NCBI RefSeq assembly: GCF_964355755.1
Contig: NC_092675.1
Span: 30,476,912 to 30,540,911, forward strand
Direction: 5' to 3'
DNA length: 64,000 bases
DNA from: Antedon mediterranea
Taxonomy: Eukaryota; Animalia; Echinodermata
A model generated the notes under the pieces. It was not told the origin of the DNA and ran no database searches. It worked only from the letters and a program-made list of their open reading frames with translations. A program made the translations under genes and the position numbers. The stretch's first letter is position 1, and every line of letters starts with the position of its first letter. Positions 12,031 through 27,000 of the stretch are shown here, in pieces.

Positions 12031-15000
12031 GTAGACAAAATCATTTAGTAATTGATAAAACATGTTTTTTTTTTGTTTTTTTTGGTAAGGCTTACCCATC
12101 CTACAAATTGTTTCTTCTTTCTTTTAAAGTTTTGGCTGATAATAATAATAATAATGTGAAAAAAGGGTCATGTGCAAAAACATTTTAATACTACTAATAT
12201 AACTTGCTGTGAGAGCAAATAGCATGGTGACAATTCTCAGTGCTGAAACGTACAATAAATAATATTTATTTAATCAAGTGAATACTTAATTATAGAATAA
12301 TTATAATTCCAATTTATTGAATGGGGTATAATAATGAAGCATTTGATTTTGTTATACATACCTTGTCCGTAAGCGTTATATAACACGTTCGGTACAGCAA
12401 TATTGTCAGTTGTATCGTTAAGTCTTCTAAAAGTTGTACTGATAAAATAATTTAAAGAAATTAAAAAAAAATTAGATTCCACATGCATCAAATTCACTAA
12501 AAATAAAGTTAGGCTTACGTGGTAGGTAAAGAATATATTATTGAAATTCGTGGTGACGCAATTACGCAACTAGGTATGCCACATTCAAAATAAGCTCTCT
12601 AAACCATCATTGCTATTTCCCATCCCAGCTCAACAAACTTTTATACATTTTTGATTGTTAATGCATTCATTCATTTAGCCAGACATTTAGCAATACAAAA
12701 AATCAAAACATGAATATCAAAAATGAATTAACTAAATTACTGTAAATTCTTGTCCAAACTAAGAGATTCTCAATGATATAGCTTTTATTAACTTAATGAT
12801 ATACATATATAATGGAACAATAAATGATTGTAGTCTACATTATAAACAATACAAACCCTATATTGTCCTACCTTCGTTTGAATATCACAACCAATACAAG
12901 TAGTATCACCAAACACACAATTATCAGTCCTGATATTAGTACAACTAAATAAGAGAGGAAATTATTATTTTCATATTATTATGTCGATAAATAGAACAAT
13001 TAATATCAATACTAAGTAAAAAACATAGGACAAATTTTATAAAAATAAAGAAAATGAATAAAACAAAATTAATGTCTTTACGTACCTCTAACTTGTGTCT
13101 TATATGCTGCGCTTATACCTCCATTGTCAGCAGAAGTACCCATATCATTACTCGCCACCACCTACAAGCAAAAACAATCAGGCAACCCAACGTTTATTTT
13201 TGTAGAAAGGTATATTTTGAGTGTTGACTGATCAGTTTCAGCAGGAAAATATTGGTAAACATTTTACTACAAAAAAATGTGTGACAGGATAACTTGCCTA
13301 AATAAAATGTGAAAGTGTAAAAACAATTAAACAATTTATTTTTTGTCTGTACGTTTATAATTATAACTGACCTCAACGGTATACTCTGTGTTTGACTTGA
13401 TACCATCATCACTCGTAAACTTCGTACTCGTTACTGATCCACTAACGGTTTTGCTAATTTTGCCACCACCTGATGACGTCAGTGTCACTGTATAATTATG
13501 TACTGTACAATCATTACTGGTTGGAGCTTCCCATTCAACTTCAACTGTATCCTTTCCGGGAGTTACTTTGATATTTTCAGGATCTCCCGGAGCTAAATGG
13601 AATACAATGTTTACTGTATAGAAGGCCTTAGTAAATTAATAAAAACATTTTAAACAAATAGAGTTATTTAAACTACATTCCTGATCAGTATTCTTACCTA
13701 CAGTGCCACTTTGAATAATATCAGATGTTTTTGGTCCTTCTAGATCTTGATTCTTTCCATAAACTTCAAAAGTATATTCATTACATGGCTTTACAGCTAT
13801 TTTCACTGTGTTAGACTTTGTAGTACTTTTTATAACAACATTACTCTTGTCTTTTAATGAATATTCATATATCATGTCACCATTACGACTACCACACGGA
13901 ATCTCCAACCACGATATAGTTAAAGAATGTGGCTCTTGATCAGACATTTTCATTATCTTAGGCGCTTTATCAGGAGCTTTTTTAAGAAATAAAGAAGAAA
14001 CTATTATTAATATAATCATGTTATAGGATTTTGTGGATTTTAGGATGTTTTATATTACCTTTCCTCTGACCACATTCCTGCAAATCATATGACAATGTTT
14101 AGAATCAGTTGGAACTAAAGTAAGATCATATTTCTTTTTTACATTTTAGAATCACAACATACTATGAATTAATACTAATAGTTTACTATAGTGCATTTAC
14201 TGTATGATATGCCAATCAGTGGCGTATCCAGTTGGGGGGGGGGGGTGGATACCCGGACCCCCTTCTGATTTCGTGTTCGTCGGCACATCATCGCGTCCGT
14301 CGGCAAACAAAGGTGCCGGGGGAAAAAAATAGAGTTAGGATAATAAGAATAAACTATTATTCAGACAATAATTGAACTGTAAACATAATTCTTTTGAGTG
14401 TTTGTTTATTTACATATCATATCATTGATCCCTTCAGATCAACTATTTTTTATTTTCATTACATCTAACGAAAAACGTAAAAAATGTGGTCAAAATATCT
14501 TATTATCTAGAACGTACGTACGGCCGTACGCGTACGCGCTAAATTGTTTACTCAAAAGTCTTTGAATGGTCCGGTGACCTTACCCTATTCAACCTTGTTT
14601 TTGCAGCTGAGCCTCTCATGACCTGGGATTTGTATGGTTCCTACGCTAAGATTATATAGTTCCACATGCCATATGCTTTTTTCTCTAAGATATATTTATT
14701 ATAAGTGCCAAAAACCCGTTTTTTTTTTCTCTCGATATGAGTCCTTTATTATTAAAATTTTCTAAAGAAAAAGCACACATACCATACAAAATATCCATGT
14801 ATTTCATTTTTGGAACCGAATAGCCCGCGAGGCTCAACTACAAAACCACCATTTTGTGATATGATGTCATCGTAAGCCAATCAAAGCTGAGCTTTCTCGT
14901 GATTGGGATTGCCCACGGTTGAATGATTTTGGATTCTGGCTTAATTGATCGGTGGATGCGAACCCGCAGCGGAATCTTTTCTCTCGCGCGTGTACCATGA

Positions 15001-18000
15001 ATCTCTCTGATCGTTACTACACACAAAGTTAGAGCAATGAATTTTTCCAAATTCCGTTAATTAAACAAATTTATATATTTTATAAGCATTTAATAACATG
15101 TTTTATTGATATTTTCAATGGTGATATATAAAATAAATTACTAAAAAACGTAATTATATGTAATTATTTTAACCAAAAATGGCACAGTTAATAGATTCGT
15201 CGACTGAGGCCGCAAATTGTTTTACTTCTTTCGTGGCTAAAAACGATCAATTTCGGCGATGTTTTAGAACCTATATTTCGAAAACTACAAGTCAGATTTT
15301 CGTAATTCATTCTTTATTGTAATATTAATACAACATACTAACATATAATGTTTAATTTGGTTTTAATTTTGCATCGTTATCCCTATAAGACAACATGACT
15401 ATGCAATCCTATAACATAATTGATGTGTAGGGCTAGGCATGTGTACAGTACACGTAATGACCCTGATTTTGTCGGCAAATTGGCAATTCCCGACTTCAAA
15501 ATCCTGGATACGCCACTGATGCCAATGACCTAAAGAATAGGAACACAGTCTAGTAAACATGATATTAAGAAAGGTATAGTGTATCTCCTCGAATTTTTAT
15601 TTAAATTATTCACCAATCACCACTTCAAGACATCGTGACGAAAGATGTATTCTATGCAGTAATATATTGTTAATAAAAGTACAGTATTCATTGGGTTGCC
15701 TACCACTTTCTTCTGTTTGTACTGTATGTTCATCTGATGCTGCTCCAGCTACGTCATTAGACACTGCAGTAACTTGGATTCGATATTGAGAATACGCACT
15801 CAGATTTGATAAGATGTATGAAGCAGTTTGAACTGGACCTTTATTGATGACTTCATTACTAGTGTTATCACACATGTCAAATTCTATTAACTGATAAGTT
15901 ACGTTGTATATGACAGGACAGTTTCCATTTGTCACTTCATTCCAAGAAAAAGAAATGTAGTCTGGCCCTGAAGTATCAGTAAGTCCTTCAACTTTGGACG
16001 GAACTAAGAAATACATAACAATATATGTCTGTTAGTAAAAAAATAAACAAACAATCTGATATTATATTCAACGATTGTTAGTAATGCCTGCTGACCCATC
16101 TGGTAGATTAATCTATAAACGAAATAGAAAGTAATACAATACATTGCAAATACGATAAGATAAGATGCAACCTATCAAGTTGTCTTCAAACTGTCATCTC
16201 GTTGCGAAAGCGGCTCGACAGACACTTTTTTGGTTTTTGTTAGGAAAATGGTCGTCACATATATCTACACAATGTTACAACACAATCAGACGGAAGATGT
16301 TATTAAAAACAAAATTGGGGAACACACAGTGCAGCCAAAAGTGTGCCACACCTACAATTGGAAGGTTAATGTTTAAACAAAAATTTAATTTTAACATTTT
16401 TTTTACCAATTTCGAGAGTTTTAGTTGTTTCAATATTGCTCCATGGTCCTTTGAATCCAGCGTTGTTCTCTATTCGTACTTTACATGTATACCACGTGCA
16501 CGCTGTTAACCCATCAATTGTAGTCGATGTAACATCACTGACAGTGACAGTTCTAGATTCTGAATCTGACTCACAACATACATCATAATGAAAAGTGTTG
16601 CATTGTATTTTTTCTGCATCATTATTTATTTCCTGCGGAGAAAAATTAAAGCTATAACTATAATTGTAATTCTCATAGTTATATTCAAAGAAGAAGAAAA
16701 TACAGAATCAACACCCACCTGCCATGCGACTGTTAATGAAGAACTGGATGGATAAACTGCAATAATATGTAGAGAAACCAATGGCGCTATAAAAAAAAAA
16801 CTAACCAAATTAAGAAAGTATCGTTACCTCCTTTGCCTTTGAGTGTAAAAATACAAAATAGCAACAATGTAAGCTTATTGTCAAGGTTAATTATTCTAGT
16901 CTAGTCACAATTATTTTTCTGTCAAAGGTTTCTATGCTTGTTTTCAGATGATGAATATGAATGGTTAATTGATGTTTATAAATATATTGATCAATTGATC
17001 TTACTTGAACATATCGTTGATTCTGTCACAACTTGACTGTCTGGTCCACAAACATCTTGTCCGTCGATGTTCTTACAAACACGAACTTTCACCTCAATTG
17101 TTCGATTTGGCGGTAATCCAGTAATTGTAAACACGTCATCAGTTGTTGTGATTGTTGTAAATGTTGATTCTTCTTCACTTTTATATAACACTTTATAAGA
17201 TGAAGCTGGTCCAGTTCCATAATCTTCACCAAAAGTCCAACCATACGAGACAGTCATATTGGTGGCTGTGACGTCAGTAATTGTTATTGTCTTAAATAAA
17301 TGCGGTAAAGCTGAGGAAATGAACACGACGTATATTATGGAGTGATTAAAATGTGCATCTGGTTTTGGATATCCATGAATTAGCAATCAAAAATTAGCTA
17401 AATTAACCCTTCTTAACCCTGTCGAGAAGAAAAATATAGTAACGGGGATGGGGAATAATACATTTAGTTACTTACTCTATTTGGAAATGTTATTATAGTC
17501 ATTCGATTATTATGTATGTACTATGGATATTGACCAAAAATGAATAATGAATAGAATGGTTTTAGAATAGCTAAATTTAACAGTAATGTATAAGGGATAC
17601 ATTGATTAAGCTTGATAGTACATTGACGTTTTGGTATTGATCACTTTTGGTAGAAAAAATATGGTAAGTTATTATACATTAAATGTTAAAATTTACTCAC
17701 CTATCTGGCAATCGTTACCTCCCCATCCATACGCACAGTCCCCACTATCGCAGTAACCAGTGGTTTTGCTGCATGAGGAAGATGTTTCACAGTGACAACT
17801 ATACTGACAAATCTCACCAAATTTTCCATCAACGCATATCACGTGGTCTGGAGAAAAAATACATTGTTAGTTCTTTTTCTCTTTTGTGCATACATATTTA
17901 GTTAGGTTAAATAATTTGTCTATTCCTATTCCATGAAAGAAAGAAAGAAAATACATGGAGGAAATGAACAACAAAAATGTAAATATTGAATAAATCATCA

Positions 18001-21000
18001 TTATTCTATTCTATTTGTGTATTTGATTGTGCATACAAATTATGCAGTTCTAATCATGTATCATATTATCATATTTATTATTAGGCTATTATGCTGTATT
18101 TTATTGACTCTTATTAATGTTTGATCATATTCTTTGATAACATGTATCTTGAACATGTATCAAGTAAATCAGGTATACGTTATAGAATATAGTCTTTAAT
18201 TGTTCCCAGGATAGAAACGATGGCCTTCATTCATCCACATTTATTTGAAAGAGTCCACGAAAAACAAGCATGCATTTACAGTAAGTTAAATGGTACAATA
18301 ATATATAAACTATTTCAGGGATCGGAATCAGAAGTAAAAAAACTTGTTTTATACCAATCCAGAAAAACGGAAAAACAACTGCATGACATCATTAATAACA
18401 ATGATAGCTATTTCAAATATTTCATTTAACAAATGCAACTACGGCACATTATGATTTTATTTGGAAATAATATGTTTCCAAACATATTATTAAATATGTT
18501 TAGGTTTTTGTTGTAGTTTCTGTAGACAGTTTATTACATAACTTAGGACCATGTACTGTAACAAACAATTTAGTCTTTTTAGCCAAGTAAATGTGACTTC
18601 CGATCTGTTGGTATTGCTAAGATGATAAATGTTACTTACTTTATGTTTGAAAAAACATAAAGTTAAAACATAAAGTTAGAGTTTAGCAATAAATTATTCA
18701 CATTATCAATAATGGATACAACTTGTAAGCTATGTAGATCGTAAATATTTAGAATGTTTAACTTCTTAAATAAAGCTTCACTACACTATGAGCTATAAAA
18801 TGGGATAACGAAATAATTCTTACAACTCGTTTCTGTAACTTAAGAATTTTCATGATATTAGTGGTAAAGTCGGCTGCCCAGATAATGTTGCAATATTGCA
18901 AATGAGGAAAAATAATAGCATTATATAAATTAAATATGTTGAGAACAAAATTAAACTACAGCTTAAATATTTTACAAAAAGTCCAATAAATTATTTACAA
19001 TTAATTAATCTTCGTAAGTTTTGTAACTGGGCAAATTGTGTAGGCCTATCACCATCGGTCACGTATATAACAGCAGTAATTTGAGATCAATGGTATGAAT
19101 ATTATATTTGCATATCAAACTAAATTTACCAAGACATTTATTTCCCTCATATCCACCACTACATGTAGCAGCTCCACCTGAACATCCTATTTCGTTGCTA
19201 CAATTTGAACTACAATGACATTCTTGGTTACATCCTGCACCATAGGTTATCCCTGTACATTCTGTTTAAACAGATAAAAACACTTAAATAACAATGAAAA
19301 CGTATATATTTGCTATGAAACTGTTATATAGAAGAGAAAATGATGCAATAATTGTAAAACAAAACAATGAGATCACAAAAGAAATCCAATAATAACATAA
19401 TAGTTTAGATTTAGTGGATATTAGTAATATTTCCCAATTTACATTAATTGGTTTCCATCTTACCCTTTTCTCAATTTTGTTTCTCAGTGTTAACTGTTCG
19501 TGGGAGACCAATGCGAAAACAATTACATTTAGCCAACATATAAATTAAAAACTTACATTGCAGAGAGACAATAGTTTGAAACTGTCGTTTATGATTTACT
19601 TAAGCATAATATTAATAATTTATTTATTTACAAACCTTCTTCGCATGTATCGCCATGGAAACCTGCAATACAATCGCATCCAACAGGATCTGGAGGACAT
19701 AACATGGTTCCTGAGCATGTTGATCCTTCTCTACCCGAGCACTTAATACCGCATAGTCGACCCCAATTATTGTTACCACATCCTAAAAAGTTTTGAAATG
19801 TTAAAGATGTTATATATGTCATATGTCATGTTGCAACTGAATTTTAAGTTATACATATCTAGTATTTAGTTCAGTAACCGAAAATGTTCAGACAAAATTA
19901 CGGAGCGCCGTCCAACACACTACAGTACCTATTCTGTCATACAAACCATGATTTGTATTTTACAAACCACAGTTTGTCTTTTTATTATAGATAAATATTA
20001 TTGGTTTTTTTTATTTTAGTACAAAGTAAACCAACGGCTTTTATAGTTGGGCATGTGCGGCTGTCAAGCTGACTACCTCAAAATTGATTGCCTAATGAGA
20101 GTAGATTTGCCCCAAGTCTGTAATTATCTTTTTTATGTTAGTCCACCAGTCGAATTTTTTGAGTTTCTTGTCTGAAATACGAGTATTATATTATATGTAT
20201 GAAACGTTATATGTGCCAAAATATTTATCTTTATAATTACGGGATCTATAGTGAGGGTTGTAGCCAAACACAGTAATAAACGACACGGGTTGAAATAAGT
20301 TATAACACTGGGGTAACCACCTACTCTTTCCAAAAGATGCACTAGGTTCGAGTTGGATGTGTACATTGTAGTACCTCCATATTTAAGTCTGTGGTCGAAG
20401 AGTGCCTTCAAAACTGAAGCAAATATTATTCATGTAGCTCCCAGTGTCTCTATATCCTAACCACTCGACCACTGGACTCGATTTGAAGTATATTAATATT
20501 TTACATGAACGAGATAACCGATAGGTTCACACTCTTGTTCAACCTGGGGTTATTTTGGTAGTTATTCCTACCAAGCAAATCACAGGTTATCTTCAGTTTT
20601 GGGTTTATTATCTGAATGTAATACCTGTTATTCCAAGAAAAAAGAAACGCCAACTCAACTTAGTTATCGTTAGGCGTACTAGCTTAGCTAGCAAGGTATG
20701 GTAGTACCATCACGGACCAAGTCATTACAAATTGAGTATATATTGAGTTTTTTCTTCTTTTTTTTGTCATCATAGTCTGTTCCTCTCCCCCCCCCCCCCC
20801 CAGTCGCCTATGTCGCTATCACTTTAACCCGTTTTTAAATTAATATGGCAATGCTTTTAATCTACCTTGTGAACAAGTATCGTCTTTAAATCCTGCTGGA
20901 CATATACATAACCCAGTCACGTGATCACAAATTCCTCCGTTATAGCAAACTGGACAATTATTATCACAAGTTGATCCATATTTCCTTGTAGGGCAACCTT

Positions 21001-24000
21001 TTTTTATTATTAAGATAGCAGAAAACATCATTAACGAAAGACTAGCATCAAATAATAAATTGATAAGATTTTTTTCTGTATTTTTTTTTTATTTTGAGTT
21101 TCAGGTAAAAGTTATATTATGATTACTAAATAGTTAATTACAATTAATAATGAATAATTAATTTTTTAGGCATATTCTTAACGATGAGTAAAAGGCAATA
21201 GATTGAGTTGTGTTTACACAGAGTCGAACAAGTTATAGTAGTAAGGAAAGCAAAAACAAAATAATTGTTAACAACTCACCTCTGACAATCAATCTCATCA
21301 TTGCATGTTTTCCGTTTCTGTCTTTGTAACATTCATATATTCCAGCATCACTTGTTCTGATATTATTAATAGTCAATGTATCTTTACCATTGCCTTCTGG
21401 TATATCAACGTTGTTTAATTTCCATTGCAATTCTGATGCACTGATTGTGGTACTGACTTGTAAAGTCACGTGATCACCAATACTAACGGTAATAGATCGT
21501 CGGTATGGAGTGACGTCAGCTTTTAAAAAAAAATGTCCTCTTTAAAGTATAATGTAAATTATCTAGGCCTAATTATCAAATTGTTACAATTTAAATTTGA
21601 TTGCTTTCCGGGAGCGTGTGTGTGTGTGTCTTGTATGTCTATTTGTGTTTTGTTTTTTGCTCTTATTGACACTTTGTGTACATTAATATAATATGTACAC
21701 AAAGTGTCAATAAGAGCAAAGTCTTAAATCTTCGACTCCACCGGGCTTGCATTTCTTTTTTAATATAAATGATTTGCTTCCTTTTACCTGATAAATAATA
21801 TTTGTTTTGATGAAATGAATACTAGTTGTATTGTTATAATTGAAAAAGAAAGAAGAAAATAAATGATTAAACTTGGTCTAATAATGTATATGATAGATGT
21901 TATGAAAAAAGTGTACAATTGAAATATTCTACGTTACATAATCCTTTTTTAATATAAATGTATATAATTTCTCCCGTCAATATTAATAGGATGTTGCATT
22001 AAATGACATTAGTAATGACATAGAAAACATTTCTTACGGGAATTAGATAGTTTGATAAGCTGTATTGAAAATTAGACGACTCACCATTTTTAGGCAAAAT
22101 TATGAAGGGTATATGTTGAGATGTATTGTCCTTTGTAGCATTTGCAAAGAAAGCACCGACCTTTTGAGGGCCTGAACCACCATTGACATCGACAACCACG
22201 GCAGTACGTCCATCTCTATCTGATAATAATATCATTGATCCTGCAGGGAACATTGTATCTGAAGGAACAAGCGTGCTTCTTTCTTGATATTGATAACCAT
22301 CACCATCAACATTATCATCATTCCCTGTTACAGGTCTTCCTTGTAGCCCAGTGCCTGTGTCGCTTTCTCTTCCAAGTGTTATATTTCGAGTTCTATCTGG
22401 TTCATCGGTGTAACCTCCAAATGTTGACACTGTGTAATCATCAATGTTAACCATTGGATTTGGGCACCAGATAGTAAGATCAAGAATTTCACCTGTTACG
22501 TACAATTATTGTGTTACTTTACTGAGAATAATTAACAATACAAGATAAATAGGTCAATTTTGTATACGAACTTTCTATTCTCATCGAATATGCAATTAAC
22601 GTGCATTGTTACAGCATAGCTGAGTAATTTAGAAACAAATTAGAAATAAATAATTATATATTTCATAAAATTGAAAAAAATTTATAATCAAATATATAAT
22701 ATGTAAAATTCACATGATTATTTCACTATTTCTTAATTTTATGGCAAACTGTTTGCAAAGAGATACAGATACATTGCTAGTTGTGCTGTGATTTTTTTTT
22801 TGTGGAAGGCGGTACGCGTTAATAAAAAATTTCTAAATGTTGACAATGGAGGAATACAAAAATTAAAAGCTATTTCAATCTTTCAAATTTGGTTATCGTC
22901 AATAATGATGATGACATTATACAGTATAATATTTTTGGGTAAAATACTGCATTTTTATACTAAATGAATTTGTGTTATACGCACTTGGAAGTTTACATTT
23001 TACACCCACGTCCTCCCAATGATTACACTTAGGCTTCCCCCATACGCTATGGTCACACGCTGCTAAATTAGTCTCTTGTCCATCACACTCAACCTCACTA
23101 AAATGTATTCTTCCACTGCCCGCTCCAAAAATGTCACTATTTGTAACCTCCGCCGCTCCAAAGCCAAGCTGCCGGCAGACTACATCGGCGTCAAAGCGAT
23201 CCCAGTTGTCATCGCATACTGTTCCCCATTCCTTGTTGTAGAAGTACTCAATGCGACCCTCAAATGAGTTTAAGCCATCAACTAAACGAACTATAATATA
23301 GAAATGTGTTCATCCAAAAAATATATATATTTTCACCAATAGTAAAAAAAAAACAATGCCGCTGAATTGTTGTCGGAAGCGATCACATTTAAACAAGAAA
23401 AATAGAAAATAATTACTTGGTTGGAAGAATGATTGGAATCAATAGTGTTAATACATACAATTTGAGTTACAAACCTTTTGGCATACAGCGGACTCCAGCA
23501 TTATTTTGTTGTCCGCACGATGACGTCATAACACTATGACTACACAAATGTAATTGTGGCTCTGTACCAGTACATTGGACACTACCGAAGTGGATCGGAC
23601 CGACTCTTTGACCAAATTCAGATCCAGTCACGGCAGAAAGAGCATCCGGGTATTCTAATTGCAGACAGACGACTTTTGCATCTTTCTGGTCCCATCCGTT
23701 ATCGCAAACCGTACCCCATTGTCCGTCCTTAAATACTTCAACACGACCCTCGCTCTCCAGGGTGCCTTCTGTCAATCGAAGGGTATCTGTAGAAAAAACC
23801 ATTGTAAATCTATTATTTATTCATCTATTGTGACTATAAATTATCTGCTTATCTGCCGGTATCCTTATTAAGCACCGGGTCAACCCTTGTTTTGATGAAC
23901 AGGCCTATACGAATAAATAACGGGACATTATTATCTGTTATACATATATTTAAATTTATAAAAGGATTATCTTACAATTTCCGCAAACCACGCCTGCGTC

Positions 24001-27000
24001 TTCTTTATGACTGCAATCATGTACATTCAAACCATTGCTGCTACAATCAAGGATATTGCTCTCTGATCCAGAACACGCTACATTATCAAGCAGGATGGGT
24101 GAGGCAGCATTCCCTTCACCATAGGCGGCACGACCTGGAGCTCCAGTAGCATCTAAATAACCTAGCTGACGGCATACTACTGTCGCATCATGTATATCCC
24201 AGTTATCGTCACAAATCGTTCCCCATTCGCCGTTGTAGTAGATTTCAACACGTCCTTCATATTGGCCTAACCCACCAACGAGACGAACATCTTGGTTTTA
24301 AAAAATAATCATTCATGTGTTTTATTATAAATAACTGAAACATTAACTTCGTTTGCCATGATTTTAAATCCATATGTTATACATACACACAACATTTTAA
24401 AAAAATTATAAAAATCATGATGCTGATTCTGTAAAAAATATTATCAATTAACAAATTATTGAATATGCTCAGATATTTGTATGGCAGTATGTTGAGCCAG
24501 ACATTTTCTAATTTTTATCGTTAGATTTCCTTTGGTGTCATATCATAATACAATATTTTTGACCATCTTGCATCACTAAATACTGTAAGTAGCTCATAGT
24601 ATTATCTTACTATTTACACAAATCACTCCAGCATCTTCAGAGTGCCCGCAATTGTGCACATTCAAACCATTGCTGCTACAATCAAGGATATTCCTCTCTG
24701 ATCCAGAACACGCTACATTATCAAGCAGGATGGGTGAGCCAGCATTCCCTTCACCATAGGCAGCACGACCTGGAGCTCCAGTAGCATCTAAATACCCTAG
24801 CTGACGGCATACTACTGTCGCATCATGTATATCCCAGTTATCGTCACAAATCGTTCCCCATTCGCCGTTATAGTAGATTTCAACACGTCCTTCATATTGG
24901 CCTGACCCACCAACGAGACGAACATCTTGGTTTAAAAAAATAATCATTCATGTGTTTTATTATAAATAACTGAAACATTAACTTCGTTTGCCATGATTTT
25001 AAATCCATATGTTATACATACACACAACATTTTAAAAAAATTATAAAAATTATGATGCTGATTCTGTAAAAAATATTATCAATTAACAAATTATTGAATA
25101 TGCTCAGATATTTGTATGACAGTATGTTGAGCCAGACATTTTCTAATTTTTATCGTTAGATTTCCTTTGGTGTCATATCATAATACAATATTTGTGACCA
25201 TCTTGCATCACTAAATACTGTAAGTAGCTCTCAGTATTATCTTACTATTTACACAAATCACTCCAGCATCTTCAGAGTGCCCGCAATTGTGCACATTCAA
25301 ACCATTGCTGCTACAATCAAGGATATTGCTCTCTGATCCAGAACACGCTACATTATCAAGCAGGATGGGTGAGCCAGCATTCCCTTCACCATAGGCAGCA
25401 CGACCTGGAGCTCCAGTAGCATCTAAATACCCTAGCTGACGGCATACTACTGTCGCATCATGTATATCCCAGTTATCGTCACAAATCGTTCCCCATTCGC
25501 CGTTATAGTAGATTTCAACACGTCCTTCATATTGGCCTGACCCACCAACCAGACGAATATCTTGGTTAAAAAAAAACATTCATGTGTTTTATTAAAAATT
25601 ACTGGAACACTAACTTCGTTTGCCATGATTTGAAATCCATGTTATACATACACAAAAAATATTTTTTTTTTATAAAATTATGATGCCGATTCGGAAAAAA
25701 ATATTACCAATTAACAAATTATTGAATATGCGCAGATATTTGTATGGCAGTATGTTGAGCCAGACATTTTCTAATTATTATCGTTAGATTTCCTTTGGTG
25801 TCATACCATAATACAATATTCGTAATCATCTTACATTACTAAATACTGTATGCAGTTCAGAGTATTATCTTACAATTACAAACCACTCCAGCATCTTCAG
25901 AGTGCCTGCAATCGTTCACATTCAAACCATTGCTGTCACAGTCGAGGATATTGCTCTCTGATCCAGAACACGCTACTTCATCCAGCAGGATGGCAGCATT
26001 CCCTTCACCATAGGCGGCACGACCTGGAGCTCCAGTAGCATCTACATACCCTAGCTGACGGCATACTACTGTCGCATCATGTATATCCCAGTTATCGTCA
26101 CAAATCGTTCCCCATTTGCCGTTGTAGTAGATCTCAACGCGTCCTTCATATTGGCCTGACCCGCCAACGAGACGAACATCTTTTGAAAAAAACATTAACA
26201 TATTGCACTCTTGTACTTATTCCAATATTCAAAATACTGTAATAATAGAATTGTTATAGCAATAATCTAACAATCATTTGATAGACATGTACACTATGTG
26301 AATATCAAACAATTATCTATTTATTAGTTTCTATAGCGTCTCTATTCAGAAACTTTAAATTTGGTTTACAATATCTAAAATATCAGTCACCTGTTATATT
26401 AGGCATACTTTTAAAAGTCCAAATAATAAGATAGTATAACGTTAATTTAATTAAATCAGAGCACGTTAAAAAAGTATCTGAAATTCTATAAACGTATAAT
26501 TAAGTCACTGGCAGTTAGGATCCAACAATCTTAAACGCAAATGAGGCCCCAGAGAACAATTTAACAAATATAATTACTCGTGTAATAGGTTTAAATTTAT
26601 GTTTAGAATCTTTGATTAAACTAGCAAACTATACAAACTAAACTTACCTGTTTTTACCGAATCAAGCATAACAATAATGGAAAAGCCCACACAAACTTAC
26701 CTGTTTTTACCGCATCAAGCATAACAATAATGGAAAAGTTCACACAAACTTACCTGTTTTTACCGCATCAAGCATAACAATAATGGAAAAGCTCACACAA
26801 ACTTACCTGTTTTTACCGCATCAAGCATAACAATAATGGAAAAGCCCACACAAACTTACCTGTTTTTACCGCATCAAGCATAATAATAATGGAAAAGCCC
26901 ACACAAACTTACCTGTTTTTACCGTCTCAAGCATAACAATAATGGAAAAGCCCACACAAACTTACCTGTTTTTACCGCATCAAGCATAACAATAATGGAA

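Noticed and set aside
14059-14077. Possible micro-exon cag|GAATGTGGTCAGAGGAAAG|gt, with similar sequence in A (~38197-38215)
   Set aside because: 19 nt would shift the frame and the flanking FN3 exons already join in phase. Similarity is explained by recent duplication.
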